64,000 nucleotides of DNA, taken from the NCBI RefSeq assembly GCF_006345805.1, contig NC_043019.1, positions 21,141,360-21,205,359 of the forward strand. The letters run 5' to 3'. Below the pieces are notes generated by a model. The model saw nothing but the letters and a program-made list of their open reading frames with translations. It was not told the origin of the DNA and searched no databases. Shown piece by piece: positions 12,876 to 24,431 of the stretch. A program made the position numbers and the translations under genes. Position 1 is the stretch's first letter, and every line of letters starts with the position of its first letter. The DNA is from Octopus sinensis (lineage: Eukaryota).

Positions 12876-13025
12876 ACCACTACATTCTTCTTCTTCTTCT
12901 TTTTCTTCTTTTTCTTTTTCTTTTTCTTTTTCTTTTTCTTCTTCTTCTTTTTCTTTTTCTTTTTCTTTTTCTTTTTCTTCTTCTTCCTCTTCTTCTTCTT
13001 CTTCTTTTTCTTCTTCCTCCTTCAG
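12876..13025. repeat. (TTC)/(TTTTTC) polypyrimidine repeat just after the exon 7 donor
   Basis: Direct inspection; source of the poly-Phe ORF. Confidence 0.95.
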
Positions 13026-14174
13026 GAGGAGGTGGGGATCAGAGGTTTTTCTTTATTAATAAGAATGTTATCACCCATTTATTTCCCACTTTCCTGTTAC
13101 CATTCACTAAAATAATGAAAAATTTAGTTAGTATATTAGCTTCATCTAAATCAAGCTGGTGTTTAGAACATAAATGAGCATAAAATTTTGATGCAAGAAG
13201 TTTTAACTTAAATCATTTTAAAAGAAGTTAGCTCCATAGAACCAAGGGCAGTCTCATGTGAGTTAGTATTTAAGGGATTCATGTTTAATATCGCTGAAGG
13301 CAGGTATATTAGCAGTAATAGAGCATCAAATAGAAAACTTTGATCTGAGTCTCTACTCCTTGAGTTCAAATCCCACCAAGGTTAGTTTCCCCCTTTATCC
13401 TTTCAATGTTGATAAGATAGAGTATCACCAATCCTAGGCGGGTGAATTGGTGGAATTGTTAGAGAAGTGGATAGGATGCTTTGCAATAGCTGTTACCCCA
13501 TTTCTTTTCATCAGGAGAAATGGGTGGAAAAGAATGGAGAGAAACAAACACCGACATTTATGTTAGGAGATGCAATCTCTCTATATATAAACGGCAAAAT
13601 GTCTGTGTGTGTGTGTGTGTGTGCATGTCCTTTATACAAATCCACAATTTTTCAGTTAGTGGGCTTGCACTTTCTATGGTCATTCAAAACCGTCCATGGG
13701 TGGTCGTGCACATCTTTATATTTCCCCAGTCACACCGCAAAGAAGTGACTTTTTTGTGAATTTTCTATCCAAAACCCAATCAAAATGCCTGAAACTTGAT
13801 ACGCCAATTGAATGCCAGCTAGCTGTATGTGATTGGTCGGAGATTTGGACAGTACTCGCGTGTATGCGTGCACGCACGCACACAGCTGTATATGCATGCA
13901 CTAGCATTGCCGGGTCATAGTGCTAGTCAATAGATAAAATGAGAAACCTAATTTTCCTTGTTTCGATCAGAAGAACTACCATCACTACCACTGTCACCAT
14001 CATCACCACACAAATTCATTTGCATTAAAATTCTGTGAAGGTAATTCTTTGGGGAAAAAAAAATGTTTTATTCACTTCCATGAACTTTTTAGTTGCAGTT
14101 GTCATTGTCTTTTTCTTTTTCTTTGTTAACTAATTCACCTGATTAACTAATTCATTAATTACTGTTCATTACAG

Positions 14175-14394
14175 ACACATTTACTGGACTAACTGGGTCT
14201 ATTACCCTGTCAACTCGACTGCAACAGCGACAATCCAACGTGCTAAGATGGACGGATCTGATCAAGAAACTTTTGTATCAGGGAAGGAACTTTTCCCCAC
14301 TGGTCTCTTTTTGGATTCTATAAATAAAGAACTTTATTGGGCAGATTCCTCCTTTAACAAGATTGAAAAAACTAGTTTAGTTGGAACTGTAGAG
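14175..14394 (+). CDS. LRP1: LRP1 exon 8, propeller 2
   Basis: attacag|ACAC...GTAGAG|gtttgt; HIYWTNWVYYPVNSTATATIQRAKMDGSDQETFVSGKELFPTGLFLDSINKELYWADSSFNKIEKTSLVGTVE. Confidence 0.93.
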
Positions 14395-15569
14395 GTTTGT
14401 GGAAACAATTTCTTTATCATTGCTGTCCATCCCCTATCTCCATTGCTCTCTCTCATCCATCCTCTGTCTCTCTTTCCGTCTTCCTCTCTATCTACTCTTC
14501 TCATTCTCTCCTGGTCCACTTTTTCACTTTCTCTCTCTTCCCATGTCACTTCCACCTCTATCCTCCTTAATATCGTCATTTAGCGTCTTTCCCAAGCTGG
14601 CATGGGTTGGATGGTGTGACAGGAGCTCGCAATGTCAGAAGCTGCACTAGGTTTCATAGTCTGTTTTGGGCTGGTTTCTGCAGCTGGATGCCTTTTCTAA
14701 TGGCAACTACTTTAGAGAGTGTACTGGGTACTTTTTATGTGGCACCACACTCACATATACATACATGTGTGTGTTTATTTGTTTGTATGTATGTATAAAA
14801 AGTGGCACACTGCTTCAATTTTTGAAGACACTTTCTTCTCTTCCTTCCTCAGTTATAAAGGAAACTTCAGTGTCTTAGCCTTGCCTAGTTACAAGTTGAT
14901 CATCTAGTGCTGGTACCACAAAAAATACAAACACCCAGCACATTCTGTTAGATGGTTAGTGTTAAGAACATCAGCTGCAGACACCATTCCCAGGAAGACA
15001 CTGGTGCATGATGCAGGTCTCTGATTCATCAAACTCTGCTGAACCACCAAACCCATGCCAGCATGAGAACCGGACATTAAATGATTCTTATGAGGTTACT
15101 TCTGGTAGATACACTGCATTGAATGAAGGCTAGTAGCAAGCCATTACTCATATACATAGTAATGAATATCTTATGTAAGAAGTGTGACCAGTTTGAAGTT
15201 ATGTACATCAATATATTTTTGTAATTATGGAGTTTGAAGAGTTTAATAAGATATTTTGAAAATATTGATTGTTCTTTGGAATTCATGATTTTGAAATGAT
15301 TTGATTGTAGTTATGTATTTTGAATGGGTTATGATGTTTTGGAATGTGTAATAACGCCTTTTGAAATAGTTAGATTGTAATAGTCTGTTTTACGATGCAT
15401 ATTATTGCATTATGAAATTATTTGATTGTACACTACTGTAGTCAAATAATATAGCTAGGAATTAATTTAGTGCAAATAAAAGGAAAAACACATTTTCTTT
15501 TATTTTTTCAATATCTTTTCACTTGTTTGATAATATTTTTAACAATACACACACACACACATACACATA

Positions 15570-15613
<44 letters not shown>

Positions 15614-15819
15614 CAACACATTAGATCAAGAGACTCTTGGTATAGAAAACATTTAGTAGCACTCAAATTTGAACTTAGATTCCGATGTCTTTATGAGGGA
15701 CCAATTCTACCAGGTATAGAGTAGCTCTGAGATATGCAGGCAATTATGTGGATAAAAAAAAAATCAAATATAACAGCTTGGGTTTGACATACAAAATATT
15801 TGCCTCTGTCTGTCTTTGT

Positions 15820-15872
<53 letters not shown>

Positions 15873-16191
15873 TGAGTGGGGTAAGTTAGCTGACTTGTTA
15901 GTATGTTGTCTTATTCATTTTGGCTCTGCTCTATGTTCAAATGTTGCTGAGGTTAACTTTGTCCTTTATTTGTTCAGAGTTAATAAGTAAAGTATCAGTC
16001 TGAGTTAATTCTATTCTTTCTTTCTCTCTCTTTCTTTCTTTCTTTCTCTCTCTCTCTCTCTCTCAGGTATGCTTATGCCTCTGAATTAAATTTTTGATAT
16101 ATAAAATATTTATATATAGTATTTTTACTTTCTTTTAACCTAATAATAATAATAATGATGATGATAATAATAATAAAATTTCTCTCTTCAG

Positions 16192-16393
16192 CGTAAAGTG
16201 GTTCTCTCTTCTAAAATAGACCCTCAGCTCCATTACCCCAATGATTTGGTTGTCCACTACGATATTCTCTACTACACTGCCTCAGCATCCTTGAATGCTT
16301 ACAACCTGAAAACTAAAGACCATTATACACTCCGAAGTGCTGACAGCATCCTCTCACACAGCTTAACACTTTTCTCAAAGAAACTTCTTCCTG
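16192..16393 (+). CDS. LRP1: LRP1 exon 9, end of propeller 2
   Basis: ctcttcag|CGT...CCTG|gtaata; RKVVLSSKIDPQLHYPNDLVVHYDILYYTASASLNAYNLKTKDHYTLRSADSILSHSLTLFSKKLLP. Confidence 0.87.
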
Positions 16394-16589
16394 GTAATAA
16401 AACTGTTATCTATCTTATTTTTAAATATTTTAAATATTTGAAAATATTTTCATATCACTATGATTGTCTTCTTTCCAGCTACTCCTACCTACATTTATTT
16501 ACATAATACAGATTAACCTTGTATCTCTACAGCAAGACAACAATGTGTCTGTCCCTTTATCATACTTAACAATGGAAATTGTAGCTGTG

Positions 16590-16980
16590 ATACCAGTGCC
16601 GGTGGCACGTAAGCGAACCATCCGAACGTGGCCATGGCCGTTACCGGCGCCGCCCCGACGGGCCTCTGTGCCGGTGGCATGTAAAAAGCACCATCTGATC
16701 GTGGCCGTTGCCAGCCTCACCTGGCCCATGTGCCAGTGGCACATAAAAAGCACCATCCGACCGTGGCCGTTTGCCAGCTTCGTCTGGCACCTGTGCCAGT
16801 GGCACGTAAAACGCACCCACTACACTCATGGAGTGGTTGGCGTTAGGAAGGGCATCCAGCTGTAGAAACATTGCCAGATCAGACTGGGCCTGGTGCAGCC
16901 TTCTGGCTTCCCAGACCCCAGTTGAACTGTCCAACCCATGCTAGCATGGAAAGTGGATGCTAAATGATGATGATGATGAA
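16590..16980 (+). mobile_element. SINE-like family C with (GAT)n tail and repeated 5' modules; other copies 6450-6720(-), 12290-12552(+), 23515-23712(+), 28190-28408(+), 40612-41020(-), 50765-50985(-), 60098-60335(-)
   Basis: Shared body GGCGTTAGGAAGGGCATCCAGCTGTAGAAAC...CCAACCCATGCTAGCATGGAAAGCGGACGTTAAACGATGATG. Confidence 0.88.
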
Positions 16981-18112
16981 GCCCCTCAGCACTTAGCATG
17001 AAGTTACCTCCCTCTTTACTAAAACCCCACTTAGTCAAGAGGTTTTTTTGTGATCGAAGTTGTCTGGTGACATCACTAGTCAGTGTCACAGAAAAGGGTA
17101 TCTAATACACTATGTAAAATTACTGGCATCAGGATGGGTACCCAGCTACAGAAACTGTGCCAAAGCTGACTTTGGAAGTGAACACAGTCCTCCAGCTTGC
17201 TGGATCCTATTAAGCCATTCAACTCATGCCAGCATTGAAGACTGTTGTTAAATCATGATGATGATGATGATTGGGATAACATAGTCCAGCTGTTACCATC
17301 CATTTATAATCCAGTGCCCTCCTTTCATTGAATGATGCTTTTCAAATATACCTCCCACCCACCATCATCATCATCATCATTTAATGTTGTTTCCCATGCA
17401 TGGGTTGAATGGTTTGACCAGAGCTGGCAAGCAAGAGTACTCTACCAGATCCCAGTCTGATTTGGCATGGTGCCACATATTTCGCTCCTTTGTCATCTAA
17501 GATAAAGCAAAAAATGATTATTTTAATCCCTCAAATTTTGAACTCTGGTGTATTATCCATATTATCTTATACTGTTCCATCAAAATTGTGCCTTTTTAAA
17601 GATATTTGCATGGACCAGTGCTCCCTATGCTAAACTTTTATAGAAATTATTAAAGGCCAGGACTTAGATAATGCGATTCAACTGGACCTTGGTCCATCAT
17701 CAGTCATGTTTTTTTTTCACTGATGACAGAATTTCCAAATCATATTCAAATTCCGAGAAAAACGAGAAAAAAGCAGTCTTGATAATCTGGTTAAAATGCA
17801 AATATTGTTACCAGGTTTATTTATGTTACTTCTCTAAAAACAATCATGACCCTTCATAGATGCAGTCCTCTCTCTGTCATAGATCTAACCACAAAGATTT
17901 AATTGGTCAGAGGCTATAGTAGTAGATACTTGCCCAAAGTGCCATGCAGTCAGACTGAACCTGGAACCACATGGTTGGGGAGCAAACTTCTTAATCTTGC
18001 AGCCAAGCCTGCATCTCACTATTTTTAAAAATCTTCTGTGATAAATTTTGGAACCACCTTTGTGTGTGTGATACATTTAGGTATTAAAGTTTTACTTTTC
18101 TATAAACTTTAG

Positions 18113-18232
18113 GCAACAACAAATGCAGCGAGGACAATGGCGGTTGTTCAGATCTGTGTCTGTCCCTCCCTGGTGATAATTATATTTGTGCCTGTCCTGC
18201 AGGAAAAGAACTTGACAACAACACCTGTACAG
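18113..18232 (+). CDS. LRP1: LRP1 exon 10, EGF-like module
   Basis: ctttag|GCAAC...ACAG|gtaaga; NNKCSEDNGGCSDLCLSLPGDNYICACPAGKELDNNTCT. Confidence 0.94.
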
Positions 18233-19537
18233 GTAAGATTCACTGTATGTTAAGTATCCCTTTTGTTTGTTTGTTGTGGTTCAACTTGGTGACAAAGTTT
18301 TTGAAGAGGGACATTCCCCTCTCCCCTAAACTGATATTCACCACTGACAATTCTTTCACCTGTATATCCTATTCACTGTCTACCTCTGTCCCTGTCTTTA
18401 ATCATTTATTATACTCTTTTAACACTCTCACACATTTACCTACCCACTCACTCTTCCATGGGCTTCTATCCTTATTCTTTCTCTTATATTTTCTCTTGTA
18501 CTTCAAGGACACACCCTTGCCATCTCTTTCTCTTTTTCCAGCTGGGAAAGCCACATATTTCTTCTTCAACAAGACATCTGTTCCTGCCCCTCTATCATAC
18601 TTCCCAACATCTGACATAAAGCCACCTCCCTCAGTATTACATTTTCCTCCTCAGTGGACGAGTCTTGTCTTGCAAATTACTTAGTGACCTCACTGGTGCT
18701 GGTGCCACTTACAAAGCTATCAGAACATTCTGTAAATTGGTTGGCATTAGGAACAGCATCTAGCCATAGAAACCATACCAAAGCAGACATTGAAGTTTGG
18801 TGCAGTCCTCTGACTCACCAGTTCCTCTCAAACCAAGTTATGTCAGCATGGAAAACGGACATTAAACAATGATGACAGACTCAGTGAGATGGCAAATTTT
18901 GGTGGATGAGCACGACAAGGCTACAAATTTTGGGGCAGGGGCTGTAGTTTGTTAAATCAACTTCAGTACTTCCTTGCTATTTATTTTATTACCACCCCAC
19001 CATCCTGGGAAGAAGGCAGGAGACAAAGTCAACTTTAGTAGGGTTTGAACTCAGAATGTAGTGATGTAAATAAAGACTTTAAAGCATTTAATTTATCCCC
19101 TTTACTAATCCTGCCATCAACCACTAACCCCACCACACCTATAACCCACCATCACAACCACCAACACCATAAGTACCATTAACAACACAACAACTGCAAA
19201 CAACAAGGCTACCACTACGGGCAACAGCACTTCCACAGCAAACAATAACATCACCACTACAAACAGCAACATTACCACTGCAAACAACAATACTACTGCT
19301 ACAGGCAACAGCACTACCACTTCAAACACGAACATTACCACTGCAAACAATAATGCTACCACTATAATTACCATCACCACTACCATCAACATTAATAACA
19401 CCATTAGTACCACTAACATTATCACCACCCAACACCAATACTACTTCTATGAGCACCATCGCCACCACCACCACCAGTAACACCAGACCATCTCTGCACT
19501 TTTGTGTTCAATCATAACAATGTTATTTTGAATTGAT

Positions 19538-19774
19538 TGTAAGGCAGCAAGCTGGCAGAAACGTTAGCATGCCGGGCGAAAATGTGTAGCCGTATTTCGT
19601 CTGCCGTTACGTTCTGAGTTCAAATTCTGTCGAGGTCAACTTTGCCTTTCATCCTTTCGGAGTCGATAAATTAAGTACCAGTTACGCACTGGGGTCAATG
19701 TAATCGACTTAATCCGTTTGTATGTCCTTGTTTGTCCCCTCTGTGTTTAGCCCCTTGTGGGTAATAAAGAAACA
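19538..19774 (+). mobile_element. SINE family B with 25-bp target-site duplication
   Basis: CATAACAATGTTATTTTGAATTGAT at 19513-19537 and 19775-19799. Confidence 0.9.
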
Positions 19775-19834
19775 CATAACAATGTTATTTTGAATTGATA
19801 TGAAATGACATGATTGAATTTAATGATTTTTCAG

Positions 19835-19990
19835 CAATCAAGGGATACGTGCAACCAGATAAATGCAAAGCACAAGATGAGTTTTCCTGTAACAATGGAT
19901 TTTGTATAACCAACGAGTGGGTGTGTGATGGAGACAACGACTGTGGAGATAATTCTGATGAGAACAGTACCTTCGTTGAAGGAGGATGTG
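19835..19990 (+). CDS. LRP1: LRP1 exon 11, LDLa repeat (CR3 equivalent)
   Basis: tttcag|CAATC...TGTG|gtaagt; [51 protein letters not shown]. Confidence 0.95.
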
Positions 19991-20262
19991 GTAAGTAAAA
20001 ACAAAAAAACAAAAAGAGAGAAAAAAAAATGTTGCTGTTCTCTCTAAATCTCTTTAAAATGTGTGTATGCTTGTATACATGTGTATGTATGTGTGTGTGC
20101 TGCTGTAATTTATTAACTGCAGAGTAATTTCTGGCCTCAGCGCGCCAAAGTGAAGACATTTGAAAAATACACCCAAATATAAATTGTAGAACTTTATACA
20201 TGCTCGGTTTCGGTTGAGCGTTCTGTATCTAGCTCTGGAAATTGTGTTTTGTAAGCTACAGA

Positions 20263-20335
20263 CTATGCTGACGATCTTGCAGATATTTGTATGTTTATAT
20301 ACGTAAATATTAGCAAGTGAAACCATGGTACATAG
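20263..20335 (+). ncRNA. Type-I hammerhead ribozyme-like motif with palindromic helix III
   Basis: CUAUG-CUGACGA-U-CUUGC...GCAAG-U-GAA-ACCAUGGU-A-CAUAG; helix I 5 WC bp, GUA triplet. Confidence 0.75.
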
Positions 20336-20616
20336 GTAATTGTATTTTATTTCATATATTTTCATATGTCTTGCTTATTTTTACATTTTGGCGTTTTGCT
20401 GAGATTTTTTCTTGAGAACACATTCTTCATGGTAATGATGATTTGACGTCTATGTTTAGCATATTAGGTGTCCACTTTAGTGGTCATTCCTCTTAATTTT
20501 AAATATATGTATGTATGTATAATTGTATCACACTGTATTGCACTGTATAGCATTGTACTGTGTTGTACACGACATTGTTTTATGTCATACTTAATGTGTT
20601 CCTTTCCATTTTTTAG

Positions 20617-20742
20617 GTACAACTGAGTGCAACAGTGACATGTTCCGTTGTAACAACAAATGTATTCTCCAACAGTGGATGTGTGATGGGGAGAAAGACT
20701 GTTTAAATGGTGATGATGAGGCTCCACAGAACTGCAACAGAT
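20617..20742 (+). CDS. LRP1: LRP1 exon 12, LDLa repeat (CR4 equivalent)
   Basis: ttttag|GTAC...AGAT|gtaagt; [41 protein letters not shown]. Confidence 0.95.
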
Positions 20743-21142
20743 GTAAGTTGGTGCAATTTTACCAGCAACCATTGTTTAAAAGAAAATCAAAAGAGCAGGA
20801 ATCTGTTACGGAATTTATGTCATTTGCTGTCCATAGTTTCAATTATGCAATTCCAACTGACTTTCTGCCCCTCCTCCCTCCCTCTCTGCCTCACACACAC
20901 ACCTGCTTAGAGATACTCAGACATGTTTTATCATTTAAATGACTTTCAGTTTCAGTCCTTGATTCACTGGCCCCTCCTAACACCTTGAAATCCCAAATTC
21001 TCTCTGTGTACCTTAACCATTCCATCCTCTCTCTTTCTCTTGTCAGTGATGAAAACCTCTCGCTAGAAATAACAACCAAATCTTCCATGACTCACATCCT
21101 GCCATCTTTGTCTATAACTGTAGTATTAGTATTATTCATATT

Positions 21143-21490
21143 GGTAAAAAGGGTAAAGACCCCCTTCGGTCATGAGTGACCATGGGTTTGCACCTAGAGA
21201 GTTACCCTCTGAGGCACAAGTCTGGGCAAGGTTGTTTTATGGAAGATCAGTAGTCGCCCATGCATACTGGCCCCCCCTCTCCACATCACCGATGTTGTCC
21301 AAGGGAAAGGCAAGGGCCGATACAGCTTGGCACCTGTGACGTCGCAACTCATTTCTACAGCTGAGTGAACTGGAGCAACGTGAAATAAAGTGTCTTGCTC
21401 AAGAACACAACACGCAGCCCGGTCCGGGATTCGAGCTCACAACCTCACGGTCGTAAGCTCGACGCTCTAACGACTGAGCCATGCGCCTCC
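21143..21490 (-). mobile_element. tRNA-derived SINE family E
   Basis: Minus strand GGAGGCGCATGGCTCAGTCGTTAGAGCG...TCGAATCCCGG...GTGTTCTTGAGCAAGACACTTT. Confidence 0.8.
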
Positions 21491-21580
21491 ACATATTCAT
21501 ATTAACCTCTGTAAAAACCAATGTGTAACTCTGTGTTGGTAAAAATATAGAATGTATTCCATTTTCTTAAAACCCTGCAG

Positions 21581-21700
21581 CTCGTGAATGTCTTCCCAAT
21601 CACCGGATGTGTACAAGTGTTGGTCGGTGTATCCCTGAGAATTGGTGGTGTGACCATGATCAAGACTGCCCTGGTGGAGAAGACGAAGATGATAAATGCA
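21581..21700 (+). CDS. LRP1: LRP1 exon 13, LDLa repeat (CR5 equivalent)
   Basis: cctgcag|CTCG...TGCA|gtaagt; [39 protein letters not shown]. Confidence 0.95.
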
Positions 21701-22503
21701 GTAAGTATTTTTATTACCTCCCTTCCCTGTTAACCCTGTTTGGTCTCTCAGGGGGTTTACTTTCACCAGTGCTGGCTATTGTAGGAATCACACCAGTGAG
21801 TTGTTACTGAATCAAATGGGCTGTGGATTTGTGTATATGTGTGTGTTAGAGAGAGAGAGCATGCTAAGTTGTGCATGTGTTTGTATAAATGTTCAGTAGC
21901 ATTTGTCTGTGTGTGTGTGTGTGTGTGCCTACATACTGATTGATGTTCATGTGTGCATGCATGTGTGTGTGTGTGTCTTTGTGTCTGTGTTTGTCCCACC
22001 GCAGTTTGACTACCAGTGTTGGTATGTTAATGTTCTTGTAACTTAGCAGTTCTGCAAAATGGATTGATAGAACAAGTACCAGGCTTTAAAAAAAATAAGT
22101 ACTGGTGCCTCAGCATGGCCACAGTCTGACTGAAATAAATAGATAAAATATCACTATCATTGTCACTCTTATCATCATTTACCATCCATGTTTCATGCTT
22201 GGTTTGTTTTGCTTGATAAGATTCGACAGGTCCCAAAACTGCATCATGGCCCAATGTCTGCTTTGACATGGTTTCTGCAGCTTCCAAAGGAAATCAACTT
22301 TACAGAGGGTATCTGTTCTTCATGGCACCAACACTAGTAAGGTTGCTGTGCAGCCTGCAAAACTATGATCCCATCCAACTGAATGAGGTGACGGTAAAGA
22401 GGAAGGCAGTTTTATTGTCGAGATCAATAAAGATACATTTACAACATACATTTCGTTCCATTGTTCATCTAATCATGCAATTTTTTTTTTGTACTTTTTC
22501 CAG

Positions 22504-22610
22504 TTTACTCCACCTGTAAACCAGATTATTTTCAATGCACCAATGGGCGATGTATACCTTATGAACACCGATGTGATCGAGAGAATGATTGTCCTGATGG
22601 ATCCGATGAG
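22504..22610 (+). CDS. LRP1: LRP1 exon 14, LDLa repeat (CR6 equivalent)
   Basis: tttccag|TTTAC...GATGAG|gttggt; [35 protein letters not shown]; phase-0 donor needed to join 'MNC' of next exon. Confidence 0.9.
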
Positions 22611-22815
22611 GTTGGTATGCTTCGCAATAATAAGTATTGTTGGTGTTTGTGGAATGCAGGCATTGGTATAGTTGTGAGGTTAAGAAATTTGCCTCACAGC
22701 CATGTGGTTTCAGGTTCAGTCCCACTATATGGCACCTAGGGCAAGTATTTTTTACAATAGCCCTGATCAATGCTTTGAAAGTGAATTTGGTAAACAGAGA
22801 ATGTATGTCCTTCGT

Positions 22816-23097
22816 GGAGGCACATAGACTAGTGGTTAGAGCAGCGAACTCGCCGTCGAGGGATCATGTGTTCAAATCTCAGACCGGGCGATGTGTGTGT
22901 TTATGAGTAAAACACCTAAGCTCCACGCGGCTCCGGCAGAAGGTAATTGCAAACTTCCGCTGACTCTTTCGCCACAACTTTCTGTAACTCTTTCCTCTTG
23001 CGAAGGACCGGCGTCCCGTCCAGGTGGGGAACCTATATGCCAAGGAAACTGGGAAACCGGCCCTTATGAGCCAGGCATGGCTCGAGAAGGCAAACAT
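22816..23097 (+). mobile_element. tRNA-derived SINE family F (related copy 39715-40089 on minus strand)
   Basis: GGAGGC.CA..G.CTAGTGGTTAGAGCAGCG head and shared ACACCTAA.GCTCCACG.GGCTCCGGCAG body. Confidence 0.75.
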
Positions 23098-24301
23098 CAA
23101 TTATATATATATACACTAAACTGCCTACTTTCTCCCTCTACTTCTGTTTGCCTTCTTCAGCCATTCTGCCTTTAAATTTCACTGCATTATGATTTGAAAT
23201 GTCAGATAATTATCTCTCTACCCTGATGATGGATCTACCTAATGTTTATATGCTTCCACTACTGGTTGCATATATTAGACATTTTGTGAACTACATTTGA
23301 CAACATTATGAATTAATTCCAAGCCCCCCAAAAACAGCTGTCGGACCTGTAATACCAAACAGCTGTCCTTAATTTTCTGTGCCTTTGTACTCTGTATAAG
23401 TTTGCTGTGTTAATAAATATATACAAAGCTATATATTTAAACATGAATATTCATCATCTGAACATTTTTAGTCTTTATTTTCTCCCTGTTTACATGTGTA
23501 TATATATACACATGTCTGGCACCTGTGCGGGTGGCACATAAAAAGCACCCACTACACTCACGGAGTGGTTGGCGTTAGGAAGGGCATCCAGCCGTAGAAA
23601 CACTGCCAGATCTGACTGGGCCTGACGATGCCTTCCAGCTTCACAGACCCCAGTTGAACCGTCCAACCCATGCTAGCATGGAAAGCGGACGCTAAATGAT
23701 GATGATGATGATATATATATATATATGTATATATATGTATATTTTGTATATCTAACTTAAGCAGTCTTCTTTACTTGCATAATTCCCTCTCTCACTCTCT
23801 CTCTGTATATATATATATATATGATGGTTGTGTGTGTGTGTGTGTGTGTGTGCACTTGTGAATGTGCTTGAAGCATTTGTTTATATTATGCACTGCCATG
23901 GTGAGTGGTCATTCTGCACTTATAATAACCTGTGTAATATAAGAATCCCTTATTTGAGGAATAAGGCCTAATGACAGGTAAAGCATCCAGCTACTGAATT
24001 CTGCCTTAAAATCAATTCCCGTCCATGCTGTACTAGCATGGAAAAATGAATGTTAAACAAAGAATTCTGGTATGGACTGTAGCTGTACTTGAGTGGTATA
24101 TAGACTTAATTTACTGTTTGATTTAACACCATCCCTACCAGGCCCTCAGGTACCTATAGAAGAGTGCACTCTGATGCAAAAGCTCAGACCAATTCCTATT
24201 AGTTAAATACACCAAATCCTTGTAATGTTGCCAAATTTTATGTTACTGTGTTTTTCTCTTTTTATTTCCTTGTATCAAATGTTCTTTTTTTTTTCCCCCA
24301 G

Positions 24302-24431
24302 ATGAATTGCAAATACCAGTGTGATCCAGGGCGAGAATTCAAATGTAAAAATTCTAGTATGTGCTTCCCATTGAATTTCCAATGTGATGGAACACCTAAC
24401 TGTCCGGATGCTTCTGATGAACTTGGCTGCA
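24302..24431 (+). CDS. LRP1: LRP1 exon 15, LDLa repeat (CR7 equivalent)
   Basis: ccccag|ATG...TGCA|gtaagc; MNCKYQCDPGREFKCKNSSMCFPLNFQCDGTPNCPDASDELGC. Confidence 0.93.

Noticed and set aside
12846-13115. Poly-Phe ORF; similarly the hydrophobic ORFs at 19117-19428 and 53268-53796
   Set aside because: Low-complexity TTC, ACC/AAC or CT repeats; not membrane proteins.
16596-16820. Hairpin repeat plus spacer array resembling CRISPR
   Set aside because: Eukaryotic intron, spacers are related to each other and across copies, no cas genes, and the array is part of a dispersed SINE-like family.
21400-21490. tRNA-like sequence (also 22816-22885 and 40015-40089)
   Set aside because: A/B-box heads run into SINE bodies and lack a complete cloverleaf and terminator.
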